A stretch of DNA of 59,924 nt. It comes from Patescibacteria group bacterium. GTDB lineage: Bacteria; Patescibacteriota; Patescibacteriia; Veblenbacterales; UBA10138. Positions 15,957 through 25,856 of this stretch are shown here, piece by piece. The stretch spans positions 191,784-251,707 of the forward strand of contig JAHITT010000004.1 in NCBI GenBank assembly GCA_018817715.1, read 5' to 3'. Position 1 is the stretch's first letter. The number at the start of each line of letters is the position of its first letter. A program made the translations under genes and the position numbers. The notes under the pieces are model-generated. The model was not told where the DNA came from. It saw only the letters and a list, made by a program, of their open reading frames with translations, and made no database searches.

Positions 15957-16322
15957 ATGAAAAAATTTATCACCTCAGCCGTTAATACAGTAATTTATGG
16001 CTTACCGGCTGTAGCCTTAGCCCAAACCAATTTCGGGCTTGATAACCTAGAACAGGATGTTAATTTGGGTAATCGAGATTTGGTGGAAACTATCGCCCAG
16101 ATTATCAATGTAGTTTTGGGTTTCTTGGGTGTTGTAGCCGTCATTATCATCCTCATGGGTGGTTTTAAATGGATGACCGCTGCTGGCAATGAAGAAAAGG
16201 TGGGTGAAGCTAAAAAATTATTGGGTGCCGGCGTAGTCGGCTTAGTAATTATTTTGGCCGCTTTCGCCATTGCTTCCTTTATCATCAACAACCTTTCTAA
16301 TGCTACCGGGTCTATTGGTTAA
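15957..16322 (+). CDS. minimal TrbC/VirB2-like T4SS-pilin-family protein
   Basis: SD AAGGAGG 6 nt before the ATG at 15957. Signal peptide, WMTAAGNEEKVGEAKK between two TM helices. Confidence 0.8.
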   Translation: MKKFITSAVNTVIYGLPAVALAQTNFGLDNLEQDVNLGNRDLVETIAQIINVVLGFLGVVAVIIILMGGFKWMTAAGNEEKVGEAKKLLGAGVVGLVIILAAFAIASFIINNLSNATGSIG

Positions 16323-16337
16323 TTGATTTTGTTATTT

Positions 16338-16895
16338 ATGAAAATTCTGAACCACTTAAGGTTCGGATTGGTAGTTCTTACGGCCAGCTTATTTGTCTTT
16401 ACGACTCTAACGCTGGCCGTTACTGCACAATCCCCTAATATCGGTGACTATGGCCTAAAAGATACGGCCACGGCAGCTGGTCTGCCAACCTCTAGTGTTG
16501 GTCCGATTGATATTGCTGCCACAATAATTAATTTATTATTGGGTGTTATTGGTGTTGTCGCTGTTCTAATAATAATTTACGGTGGCTTTACTTGGATGAC
16601 AGCCGCCGGCAATGAAGAAAAAATAACCAAAGCTAAAAAGCTTTTAGCTGGGGCCGTAATTGGTTTATTTATTATTCTAGCTTCTTACGCTTTAGCTTCT
16701 TTCACCATTAATCAAATTAAAAAAGCTACTTTAAGTGATGGTACTAACACTCCACAAACAGTCGTTTGTGGCCAAGCTGCTGGAGAACTTTGTATGTCTT
16801 CAAGTAGCGACTGTTCAGCTGTCGGTGGGGTTGTTTCTAACTATAAAACCTGTAACGAAGCGGACGCTAAAACCTGCTGCGTAAATGTACCTTAA
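16338..16895 (+). CDS. TrbC/VirB2-like T4SS-pilin-family protein with short Cys-rich tail
   Basis: WMTAAGNEEKITKAKK between TM helices. C-terminal tail with 7 Cys ending KTCCVNVP. Start may instead be the TTG at 16323. Confidence 0.75.
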   Translation: MKILNHLRFGLVVLTASLFVFTTLTLAVTAQSPNIGDYGLKDTATAAGLPTSSVGPIDIAATIINLLLGVIGVVAVLIIIYGGFTWMTAAGNEEKITKAKKLLAGAVIGLFIILASYALASFTINQIKKATLSDGTNTPQTVVCGQAAGELCMSSSSDCSAVGGVVSNYKTCNEADAKTCCVNVP

Positions 16896-16913
16896 ATAAA
16901 AACTCTCCCATAA

Positions 16914-16947
16914 AAAACCTTTTGTTTCTGAACAAAAGGTTTTTTTG
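16914..16947. terminator. bidirectional intrinsic terminator between convergent genes
   Basis: AAAACCTTTTGTT-TCTG-AACAAAAGGTTTT perfect 13-bp stem flanked by A- and T-tracts. Confidence 0.8.
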
Positions 16948-16953
16948 ATTAAA

Positions 16954-17655
16954 CTATTTGATAACTAATTTTATGATAACTTTAAAAAAATTAAAAACTT
17001 CACTCAAACCCAACTTAGATTTACCCCGCTCACGATCAACAAACAAAACTGGTACTTCCGCCACTTTTAAACCAGCTTTTTCACACAAAAATAATATTTC
17101 TTCCTGCCAAGCATAACCATTGCTTTTTATATTCACCCAATCAATTTTAAGCAAAGCTGACCGGCTATATAACCTAAAACCAGCTGTTACATCCTTAGTT
17201 TTTAAGGATAAAACTTTTCTAGCCAAAGCATTAGCTGAATAACTAGTAAAACACCGCCACCAACCCCAACCCACTATACCACCCCCCCTAACCCGCCTGG
17301 AGCCTATAACCACCTCATAACCACTTTCTATTTTATCTATAAGTTTAAATAAATCTTCAGGCGCATGAGAAAAATCAGCATCCATTTGACCAACCACCAG
17401 AGCGCCTTTTTCCAAAGCATAAGTAAATCCTGTTTGATAAGCACTACCTAAACCTAATTTACCAGGCCTAACCAATAAATAAATATTCTCAAATTGCTTT
17501 TGAGTTTGTCTAACCAAATCAGCTGTACCGTCCGGAGAATTATCATCTACCACTAAAATAGAACACTGGCAGAAAATTCCACACAACCTTTTTATTAACT
17601 CTCCAATATTATCAGCCTCATTGTAAGTTGGAATAATCAACCAAAAATCTTTCAT
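16954..17655 (-). CDS. GT2 polyprenol-phosphate mannosyl/glycosyl transferase (Dpm1-like)
   Basis: IIPTYNEADNI ... VVDDNSPDGT ... DADFSH motifs. Confidence 0.85.
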   Translation of the reverse strand: MKDFWLIIPTYNEADNIGELIKRLCGIFCQCSILVVDDNSPDGTADLVRQTQKQFENIYLLVRPGKLGLGSAYQTGFTYALEKGALVVGQMDADFSHAPEDLFKLIDKIESGYEVVIGSRRVRGGGIVGWGWWRCFTSYSANALARKVLSLKTKDVTAGFRLYSRSALLKIDWVNIKSNGYAWQEEILFLCEKAGLKVAEVPVLFVDRERGKSKLGLSEVFNFFKVIIKLVIK

Positions 17656-17660
17656 AAATT

Positions 17661-19235
17661 TTAATTAACAGAAAAAATTATTACTTCCTCATCCTGATAA
17701 ACCCTAGAAAATCTTTTATCCCGATTAAGACTATACAACATAGCAGGAATTCTTTTTTCTAACAAAACATAATCCGACTTAAAATTATTTTTTACCACCT
17801 CGTAAACATCCTGGCGTTGGCCGGTAACTATTTGTCGCCACTGCTCATATAAATCCGGGCTAAAAGCATACATAAAGGTTTGGTCTAAACCGGTTAAATA
17901 ATTATTATGGCTATTGTAATACCATAATAAAGGAAAGGTTCCCCAATCAGTCTGCCACACTAAACTATTGGCTGGTGTGTTGTTTTTAAGCCAGTTGGCA
18001 GATTTTAATAAATTTGTTTCGGTAAAACCTTGACGCAAGGACCAATAAGTCCGCCCATAACCAATTATTAAACCCAAAGGTAGGGCCAAACCCAAATAGG
18101 TTATTAAAAAAAACAAAAATAATTGCCCGGTCAAAGGACGAGGCAAAAAATCACGCCAATTTTTTAACCACTTTAACAAAAATATCCAACCATCCTTTAA
18201 AATAAAACCAACTGATAAAACCATAAAAGGTACTAAATATTCCACCTGACGCCGAGCCTTTAAAGTATAAAATAAAAACAACAAAGAAAGCAGCCAAGTA
18301 ACCATTGTTTGTTGGCTAATTTTTTTATAATTAATAATAGCCACCAAAGTAGCTAAAAACCACAAACCAACAATAAAAGTACCAGCCGCTATAAGATCTA
18401 CTACAGGGAAAGGATACCACTCTGCGCCAATAGCTAAAAAACTATGGTAAGGCTTTAGGGCCATAGCAAATAACTGTTTTAAATATATAAAATTTCTAGG
18501 AAAATAAGGATTGATAATTAAACCAACAACCAAACCTGCTAATGAACTTAATAAAACCAATACATACTTATTATCTTTAAAAATCTGGGTTATTTTTTTC
18601 TTTAAAAACAACTTACCAAATAAACAACCAGCAATTATTTCTATAACTATCAAAACAATTAACAAAGGCCAAGCACTATAAACCCAAACAAAAAACCAGC
18701 TTAACAAAAACAACCACCCTATTTTTCTTTCACTAATCAAATAATAAGCCACCAACAAAAGCCCCACCGATAAAGACGGTGCTTTAGCCAAAGACAAACG
18801 AAACAAAAAAGGGCTCGTTGCTAAAACCACTGGTACTAACCAGCCCCAATAAGGCACCCGCCAACGAACCAGTAACCACCACAAAAAAAATAAAGTCAAA
18901 CTCCCAAAAAACAAAGTAGCTATCTTAATACCCCAAAAACCTGGCCACAAACTCACAAAAGGTATTAACAAAAGATGATAACCAAAATGGTGATCAATAA
19001 AAATTTGATTATAAAAAGAATATTGTGTCCAGGGAAAATAATTAAGCAAACCATAATCCCTAAGCCAAACAGTTAAACCAATGTGGTAAAAAGAATCTGG
19101 GTCGTTAAGTGTCGGATTTAATTGTAAAAAAGCTAAAGCCAACAAACTAACACCACCAGCTAAAAATAATTGCCTGGTAGAATTATTTGTGAACCACCTA
19201 TATAATGAACCAAAAAAAGCTAAAGACCTTCTCAT
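17661..19235 (-). CDS. GT-C fold membrane glycosyltransferase (ArnT/PMT-like)
   Basis: 524 aa with more than 12 TM helices and a soluble C-terminal domain. Operon partner of the Dpm1-like donor-forming enzyme. Confidence 0.55.
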   Translation of the reverse strand: MRRSLAFFGSLYRWFTNNSTRQLFLAGGVSLLALAFLQLNPTLNDPDSFYHIGLTVWLRDYGLLNYFPWTQYSFYNQIFIDHHFGYHLLLIPFVSLWPGFWGIKIATLFFGSLTLFFLWWLLVRWRVPYWGWLVPVVLATSPFLFRLSLAKAPSLSVGLLLVAYYLISERKIGWLFLLSWFFVWVYSAWPLLIVLIVIEIIAGCLFGKLFLKKKITQIFKDNKYVLVLLSSLAGLVVGLIINPYFPRNFIYLKQLFAMALKPYHSFLAIGAEWYPFPVVDLIAAGTFIVGLWFLATLVAIINYKKISQQTMVTWLLSLLFLFYTLKARRQVEYLVPFMVLSVGFILKDGWIFLLKWLKNWRDFLPRPLTGQLFLFFLITYLGLALPLGLIIGYGRTYWSLRQGFTETNLLKSANWLKNNTPANSLVWQTDWGTFPLLWYYNSHNNYLTGLDQTFMYAFSPDLYEQWRQIVTGQRQDVYEVVKNNFKSDYVLLEKRIPAMLYSLNRDKRFSRVYQDEEVIIFSVN

Positions 19236-19394
19236 AAAGACCGGTTGTTTTTTTGCTAATCAATGCTAAAGTATGTAGGTAGTATAGCAAACAAGAATAA
19301 AGAATCACGAATTAAGAATTGTGAACTTAAACAATAAACACCTTCTTAATTCTTCCCGCCAGCTGGCGGTTCTAACCCTTAATTCCTTTTCCTT

Positions 19395-20111
19395 ATGTCT
19401 GGTCATTCTAAGTGGTCCACAATTAAAAGACAAAAAGGCGTTGTTGATGCTAAACGTAGCCAAATTTTTACCAAATTAAGCAAGGCTTTAAGTGCGGCAG
19501 CTAGATTAGGCATTGATCCAGAAATGAACTTTAAACTACGTTTAGCTATTGATAAGGCCCGCAATGCCAACATGCCCAAAGAAAATATTGACCGGGCTAT
19601 TAAAAAAGGTGCTGGCCAAGAAGATGGTGCCAACGTAGAAGAGGTTATTTATGAGGGTTATGGGCCGAACGGTGTAGCTTTTTTAATAGAAACACTGACC
19701 GACAATCGCAACCGAACAACTGCCAATCTAAGACATTTATTAGATAAGCACGGGGGCCGATTAGCCGACAATGGTAGTGTTGCTTGGATGTTCGAACCTA
19801 AAAGTTTAATAACAGTTAATAAACCAACCACTAATCAAGAAGAAATTGAATTAAAACTAATCGAAGCGGGCGCCGAAGAAATTGAAGAAATGGAAAATGA
19901 ATTCTTAATTACCGCCCCAAGCAATCAATTAGAAATTATTAAACAAGTCTGCCAAACTAATCAACTAATTATTTCTTACAGCTCGGTTGAACCAGTGGCC
20001 AATAACAATGTACCAATCCCAGATAAAAATGATTCTGATAAATTAGACTCTCTGCGAGAGGCTTTAAATAATGATGATGATGTTACTAACACTTATGACA
20101 ACGCTACCTAA
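19395..20111 (+). CDS. yebC: YebC/PmpR family DNA-binding regulator
   Basis: MSGHSKWSTIKRQKG N-terminus and overall YebC layout. Confidence 0.9.
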   Translation: MSGHSKWSTIKRQKGVVDAKRSQIFTKLSKALSAAARLGIDPEMNFKLRLAIDKARNANMPKENIDRAIKKGAGQEDGANVEEVIYEGYGPNGVAFLIETLTDNRNRTTANLRHLLDKHGGRLADNGSVAWMFEPKSLITVNKPTTNQEEIELKLIEAGAEEIEEMENEFLITAPSNQLEIIKQVCQTNQLIISYSSVEPVANNNVPIPDKNDSDKLDSLREALNNDDDVTNTYDNAT

Positions 20112-20601
20112 AAAATATATAATCGGTTTTGACCCTGGCATCGGACGTTTGGGTTTTGCTGTTTTAAGTGGACAGCCCAGTAAACCAGAACTAATTAAAA
20201 TCGGCTGTTGGGAAACCAATCCCCAACTTCCCCAAAATCAAAGGCTCTTACAGCTTGGTCAGCAAATAACAAAACTTCTTAAAAAATACCAACCTATTAA
20301 AGCTGGTTTAGAAAAATTATTTTTCTCCAAAAACGTAAAAAGCGCCTTAAATGTAGCCGAAGCCCGCGGTGTAATTTCTTTTTTATTAACCGCCCAAGCT
20401 TGCCCGATTATAGAATTGTCACCTCAAGAGGTAAAAATTGCGGCCACTGGTCAAGGAAGAGCGGACAAAATTCAAGTGCAAAAAATGCTCCAACTTACTT
20501 TTAAACTAAAAACTATACCCCAACCCGACGACGCAGCTGATGCTTTGGCTGTAGCCTTAGCAACTCTAGTTCAACCAAGTTTTTTGGCTAATCTTAGATA
20601 A
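20095..20601 (+). CDS. ruvC: crossover junction endodeoxyribonuclease RuvC
   Basis: IIGFDPG..GFAV, LEKLFF, QPDDAADALAVA motifs. Start chosen at the ATG at 20095, overlapping the yebC end. Confidence 0.85.
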   Translation: MTTLPKKYIIGFDPGIGRLGFAVLSGQPSKPELIKIGCWETNPQLPQNQRLLQLGQQITKLLKKYQPIKAGLEKLFFSKNVKSALNVAEARGVISFLLTAQACPIIELSPQEVKIAATGQGRADKIQVQKMLQLTFKLKTIPQPDDAADALAVALATLVQPSFLANLR

Positions 20602-20603
20602 AT

Positions 20604-21788
20604 TTACTTAAAAGTAAGGAATTTCCTTTTGCCTACTTGAAGTAATAAATTTGCTTCAAGTTTTATTATTTGCTGCCAATTTATAATAGTTTGCTTGTTC
20701 ACTTTTACCCCACCTTGCTCAATTAATCGTTTAGCTTCATTTTTAGAAGAAACTAATTTAAAACTAAACAACAAATCTACCACTGACCAATCTTTTTGTT
20801 TGGGTAGGGGTTTAGTTGGTATTTGATTCGGTGTTAACTTTTGTCTGTGTACCACATCGAATTCTTTGGCTGCCGCGTCAGCCTGTTTTATTGAATGATA
20901 AAAAGACACCAACTGCCAAGCTAATTTTTGTTTAATTGTTTTAGGATTAATGTTACTTGTTAGTTGTTTAATCAAAAACTCCACCTCAACTAAAGGTAGA
21001 TTTGTGGTTAACAACAAATACTTAGGTAATAATTCATCTTTAATCGACATGGCTTGGCCATACATTTCTTGAGGAGATTCTGTTATGTTTATAGTGTTAC
21101 CCCAACTGGTAGACATTTTTCGACCATCTGTTCCTTCTAACATTTGTGTGGTCAAAATATCTTGCGATAATTGACCATATAAAGGCTGTAACAAACGCCC
21201 TGCTTGCAAATTAAATAGTTGATCAGCGCCACCAATTTCCAAATCGGCCTTAACTTTCACCGAATCATAACCTTGTAATAAAGGATAAATAAATTCCCGT
21301 AAACTTATCTCTTGGTTTTTATTATAGCGTTCTTTAAAATTACGCCGAGACAACATTTGCTGAACAGTAAAAGCCTCAGCCAATTTTGAAAATTCTTGCA
21401 AATTCAACTTGCTTAACCAACGACTATTAAAATGCCACTCCACCTTGTCCGTGTCTAATATTTTACTTAATTGTTTTTTATAACTTTTTAAATTATTTTC
21501 AACCTGCTGTTTAGTTAATAAAGGTCGTTTGTCCAACTTATCCGAAGGGTCTCCAATTTGAGCAGTAAAATCACCAATAACCAAAACCACTGTGTGCCCT
21601 AAAGATTGCAAGGCTCTTAATTTTAACAAAGGAACCGCTCGACCCAAATGTATATTAGGGCCAGTTGGGTCTATACCAAATTTAACCCGTAACAGCTTGC
21701 GTTGTTTTAATTTTTCGGCCAGGTGTTTAAAAACAAAGACCTCCTCTACCCCCCGACTTAATATTTCCTGATTAATATTTTTAGGCAT
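20604..21788 (-). CDS. tyrS: tyrosine-tRNA ligase
   Basis: HIGH-like PTGPNIHLGR, KMSTS, C-terminal S4 domain (SKNEAKRLIEQGGVKVN). Confidence 0.85.
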   Translation of the reverse strand: MPKNINQEILSRGVEEVFVFKHLAEKLKQRKLLRVKFGIDPTGPNIHLGRAVPLLKLRALQSLGHTVVLVIGDFTAQIGDPSDKLDKRPLLTKQQVENNLKSYKKQLSKILDTDKVEWHFNSRWLSKLNLQEFSKLAEAFTVQQMLSRRNFKERYNKNQEISLREFIYPLLQGYDSVKVKADLEIGGADQLFNLQAGRLLQPLYGQLSQDILTTQMLEGTDGRKMSTSWGNTINITESPQEMYGQAMSIKDELLPKYLLLTTNLPLVEVEFLIKQLTSNINPKTIKQKLAWQLVSFYHSIKQADAAAKEFDVVHRQKLTPNQIPTKPLPKQKDWSVVDLLFSFKLVSSKNEAKRLIEQGGVKVNKQTIINWQQIIKLEANLLLQVGKRKFLTFK

Positions 21789-21838
21789 AATGACTTAATT
21801 TATTGTACCATATACAATGATACTATAAAATAGATTTT

Positions 21839-24631
21839 ATGATAAAAAAACAACCTAATTTACCAAAAAAATGGTCCCGCCGAAAAATTAAAAACTTTGG
21901 TTGGCGACGCTGGTGGTGGCAATTAGTACTTTTAGTTGGTTTAAGTGGTTTATTGTTTGGGGTAATAATGTTTGCTTGGATAAGTCGCGATTTACCTAGC
22001 CCTGAAGGTATTGCTAGGCGAGTGGTTTCGCAAAGCACAAAAATATATGACCGCACCGGCCAAAAAGTTCTTTATGATATCCACGGAACAGAACGACGCA
22101 CCTCTATAGAACTAAAAGATATTCCCGACTACCTCAAACAAGCCACCTTAACAGCTGAAGATAGAAACTTTTATGAACACCAAGGTTTCCGTTTTACTTC
22201 TTTGGTACGCTCTGTCTTGGTTAACCTAATTAGAGGCCGACGAGCCCAGGGCGGTTCGACTATTACTCAACAATTTATAAAAAACGCTGTTTTAACCAAT
22301 GAAAAATCCTATATCAGAAAAATAAAAGAATTGGTCCTAGCCTATCAAATAGAACAACGTTTCAGTAAAGACCAAATATTAAAACTCTACCTTAACGAAA
22401 TACCTTACGGCTCAACCGCTTATGGAGTAGAAGCCGCTTCGGAAATGGTTTTTGGCAAAAAATCCAGGGACCTTAATTTAGCTGAATCTGTTCTGTTGGC
22501 TAGTTTACCACAATCACCAACCTATTATTCGCCTTGGGGTAGCCATGTAGATGAACTCATTAAAAGACAACACTACATTTTAGATAATATGGTGGAACAG
22601 GGTTACATAACAACCCAAGCCTCACAAGAAGCCAAAAAAACAACCCTGGACTTTAAACCACGTCGCGAATCTATTATTGCCCCCCACTTTGTTTTTTTTG
22701 TTAAAGAGCAGTTGGCCAGAATTTATGGAGAAAAAACTGTGGAACAAGGTGGTTTAAAAATAATTACGACTTTAGATTTAGACAAACAAACAGCGGCTGA
22801 AGCTGCCATAACCGAAGCTAAGGCTAAAAATACCCCCTACAACGCTCACAACGCCTCTCTGGTTGCTTTAGATGCCACCACTAACCAAATATTAGCCATG
22901 GTCGGCTCGACTGATTATTTTGAAGATTCTATCCAAGGCCAAGTAAATGTTTCTATCAGGCCAAGACAACCCGGCTCCTCTTTTAAACCAATTGTTTATG
23001 CTTTAGCTTTTGAGCAAGGTTTCACACCCAATAGTTTACTGTACGACGTTCAAACAATTTTTAAATCCGAACCTAAGGATTACGCACCCAATAATTACGA
23101 TGGACAAGAACGCGGCCCCATTAACTTAAGAAGTGCTTTAGCTGGTTCTCTTAACATACCAGCTGTTAAATTGTTATACTTAACTGGATTAAATAATGTT
23201 CTAAAATTGTCTCAAGATCTGGGTTATACCACACTTAACGACCAGGCTCGTTTTGGTTTGTCTTTGGTGTTAGGTGGGGCTGAAGTAAGTTTATTGGAAC
23301 ACACTTCAGCTTATGCTTCTTTTGCTAGAGAGGGTATTACCAAACCAATTAATTATATTATTAAAATTGAAGATGCTAATGGAGACACCTTACAAGAATT
23401 TAAAGATTCGCCAGGTACCCGAGTCTTAAGTGTTGAAGCTACTAGAACACTAAGTAATATTTTATCAGACAACCCCGCTCGCTCTTATATTTTTGGTGAA
23501 CAAAATCACCTAACCCTCCCTGACCGTTTAGTGGCTGCCAAAACCGGCACCACTAATAATTACCACGATGCTTGGACAATGGGTTACACCTCCAATCTAG
23601 CAGTGGGGGTTTGGGTTGGTAACTCTAATAACCAAGCTATGAAAAAAGGGGCCGATGGCTCAGTAGTGGCCGCTCCAATTTGGCAAAATTTCTTTAAAAA
23701 AATTTCCCCCTCCTTACCAATCATTCCTTTTAATGAACCTCTACCAACCTCACCCAATAAACCAATGCTTAACGGCTCTTTAGGTGGGCAAACTGTTATC
23801 ATTGATAAAATATCTGGTAATCTGGCCACTGAATTTACCCCTGCTGAATTTAAACAAACCAAAACTTTTAGCGAACACCACACTATTTTAAAATATCTTT
23901 CTCCAGGAAATCCTTTGGGGCCAATACCCCAAGACCCTTCTTTGGATCCTCAATACCAAAACTGGGAAGAGGCTGTTAAGTTGTGGGCACAAAAAAACAA
24001 CCAAACCAATTCAGTTGCTCCAACAATTTATGATAATATCCACAACCCCGACTCCCAACCAACCCTCACCGCTCCCACCCTCAAAGAGGGCCAAACTATC
24101 ACTTCTTTACCTTGGTTAATACCAGTCACAACTTCAGCTAAAAACAACATTAAATCTGTTGATTATTATTTAGATGATATCTTAATTAACTCTAACCCCC
24201 AACCACCTTTTTCTCTACTAGTTAACCAACTACCCTTTAACCAGGGCGCTCACAGATTAAAAATTATTAGTCGAGACGTTTTTGAAAACTCAACAACCAT
24301 TGAACATATAATTAAACTTGATCTGCCCACCAATATTTTAAGCAACCACAGTTCTATTATTTCCCCAACAGAAAAAAACCTCTACTTATCTGACCAACCA
24401 ATTGAATTAAAAATTAACAGTAGTCGCCCAGAAAACCTAAAACAAATCGATATCTACTCTTCTTTAAACAACTCTTCACCACAGTGGTTTGGTGTAATTA
24501 CCAACATCCAACCAACCTCATCTTTTTTCTGGTCCCCCAAAGAAACGGGACAATATAAACTTTTTATAACTGCTTCAGAAAAAAACTCCCCCCAACAATC
24601 AACCTCTACTACCAATTATTATCTTCTTTAA
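21839..24631 (+). CDS. class A penicillin-binding protein (glycosyltransferase plus transpeptidase) with long C-terminal extension
   Basis: EDRNFYEHQGF and RGGSTITQQ (GT51). SSFKP, SLN, KTGTT (transpeptidase). About 230-aa Pro/Asn/Ser-rich C-terminal region. Confidence 0.9.
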   Translation: MIKKQPNLPKKWSRRKIKNFGWRRWWWQLVLLVGLSGLLFGVIMFAWISRDLPSPEGIARRVVSQSTKIYDRTGQKVLYDIHGTERRTSIELKDIPDYLKQATLTAEDRNFYEHQGFRFTSLVRSVLVNLIRGRRAQGGSTITQQFIKNAVLTNEKSYIRKIKELVLAYQIEQRFSKDQILKLYLNEIPYGSTAYGVEAASEMVFGKKSRDLNLAESVLLASLPQSPTYYSPWGSHVDELIKRQHYILDNMVEQGYITTQASQEAKKTTLDFKPRRESIIAPHFVFFVKEQLARIYGEKTVEQGGLKIITTLDLDKQTAAEAAITEAKAKNTPYNAHNASLVALDATTNQILAMVGSTDYFEDSIQGQVNVSIRPRQPGSSFKPIVYALAFEQGFTPNSLLYDVQTIFKSEPKDYAPNNYDGQERGPINLRSALAGSLNIPAVKLLYLTGLNNVLKLSQDLGYTTLNDQARFGLSLVLGGAEVSLLEHTSAYASFAREGITKPINYIIKIEDANGDTLQEFKDSPGTRVLSVEATRTLSNILSDNPARSYIFGEQNHLTLPDRLVAAKTGTTNNYHDAWTMGYTSNLAVGVWVGNSNNQAMKKGADGSVVAAPIWQNFFKKISPSLPIIPFNEPLPTSPNKPMLNGSLGGQTVIIDKISGNLATEFTPAEFKQTKTFSEHHTILKYLSPGNPLGPIPQDPSLDPQYQNWEEAVKLWAQKNNQTNSVAPTIYDNIHNPDSQPTLTAPTLKEGQTITSLPWLIPVTTSAKNNIKSVDYYLDDILINSNPQPPFSLLVNQLPFNQGAHRLKIISRDVFENSTTIEHIIKLDLPTNILSNHSSIISPTEKNLYLSDQPIELKINSSRPENLKQIDIYSSLNNSSPQWFGVITNIQPTSSFFWSPKETGQYKLFITASEKNSPQQSTSTTNYYLL

Positions 24632-24634
24632 AAA

Positions 24635-25738
24635 CTACTGTTTGATTGGCATTAATAAATATAAATAACCCTTTTGCTCTGTTGGTTTTATAATAACCGG
24701 ACTACTAGCCGAAACCATTTCTAAACCAACCTCCCCCCCTTCAATAGCTTGCAAGCCATCTAATAAATACCGGTAATTAAAAATTATTTCTAAAGATTCT
24801 CCAACTATCTCTGTTGGGTTTATTTTTGTCATATTTTCACCCAATTGACCATTCAAAGAAGATACAACCAATTCCTTATTGGTTGTATCCACCAAAACTT
24901 TAATATCGTTAATACCAGAACGAACAAATAAAGAGGCGGCCTTAACAGCTTGTATAAGAATATTTTTATTTACCTTAAGTTTGGTGGTGGTTTTTTGTGG
25001 AATAATTTGTTGGTAATCAGGATATTGACCATTTATTAAACGAGAAACTAATTCCACCCCCTCTAAACTACAAGAAAACTGGTTATCATCAATTAATAAA
25101 TTTAAATCTCCTTCTTTGCCAGAAAAAAGTCGTATTATTTCCTGGCCGGTTTTTAGTGGTATTAAAAGATTGATAATACTCTCTTGTTTTTTTACAACTA
25201 ATCTAGCCTCCGCCAAACGATAACTATCCGTCCCCACTAAAACAACTTCTTCTTTTTCCAAACAAACACAAACACCCGCTATTTCCGGGCGATTTTCTAA
25301 GGTGTTTACAGTAAAAATAACCCTAGATAAACCATCAACCAAAGTTTGGTTTGGTAGGGTAAGCTTAGTTCCTTGGTTGACCTTGGGAATAACAGGAAAG
25401 TCATCTACTGGTACTCCGCGTAAGGTTGTTTTGTTTTTCTCGGTTAATAAAACAACATCACTTCCTTGGGTAAAAATTGTAATATTTTCTTTAGACATCA
25501 AAGAAACAGCTTCGGCTAATAATTTAGCTGGTAAGGTAATTTCCCCCTCTTCCTCTGTTTTACCGCGAATAAAAGTTGTAACAGCTATTTCTAGATTGGT
25601 AGAAACCAATTCTAAACCACTTCCGGTGGTTTTAATTTTTATATTATTTAAAATTGGCAGGGTAGTATTTTTTCCCGCGATATTAACAACTATGTTGATG
25701 CCTGTTATTAAATTTTCTTGAGTACATATAAATTTCAT
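24635..25738 (-). CDS. dnaN: DNA polymerase III beta sliding clamp
   Basis: 367 aa, three-domain clamp pattern. Located immediately downstream of dnaA. Confidence 0.9.
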   Translation of the reverse strand: MKFICTQENLITGINIVVNIAGKNTTLPILNNIKIKTTGSGLELVSTNLEIAVTTFIRGKTEEEGEITLPAKLLAEAVSLMSKENITIFTQGSDVVLLTEKNKTTLRGVPVDDFPVIPKVNQGTKLTLPNQTLVDGLSRVIFTVNTLENRPEIAGVCVCLEKEEVVLVGTDSYRLAEARLVVKKQESIINLLIPLKTGQEIIRLFSGKEGDLNLLIDDNQFSCSLEGVELVSRLINGQYPDYQQIIPQKTTTKLKVNKNILIQAVKAASLFVRSGINDIKVLVDTTNKELVVSSLNGQLGENMTKINPTEIVGESLEIIFNYRYLLDGLQAIEGGEVGLEMVSASSPVIIKPTEQKGYLYLLMPIKQ

Positions 25739-25856
25739 AGTAGTAAGGGGGTGTTAATAAGTTGAAAAGTTAAAAAGGGTTAATAGGAATAGGGTTTAAT
25801 TGGTGGGTTGAAAGTGAGAAAACTGTGTTTGGTGGTTGGGGAAAAAGGGTTGATGA

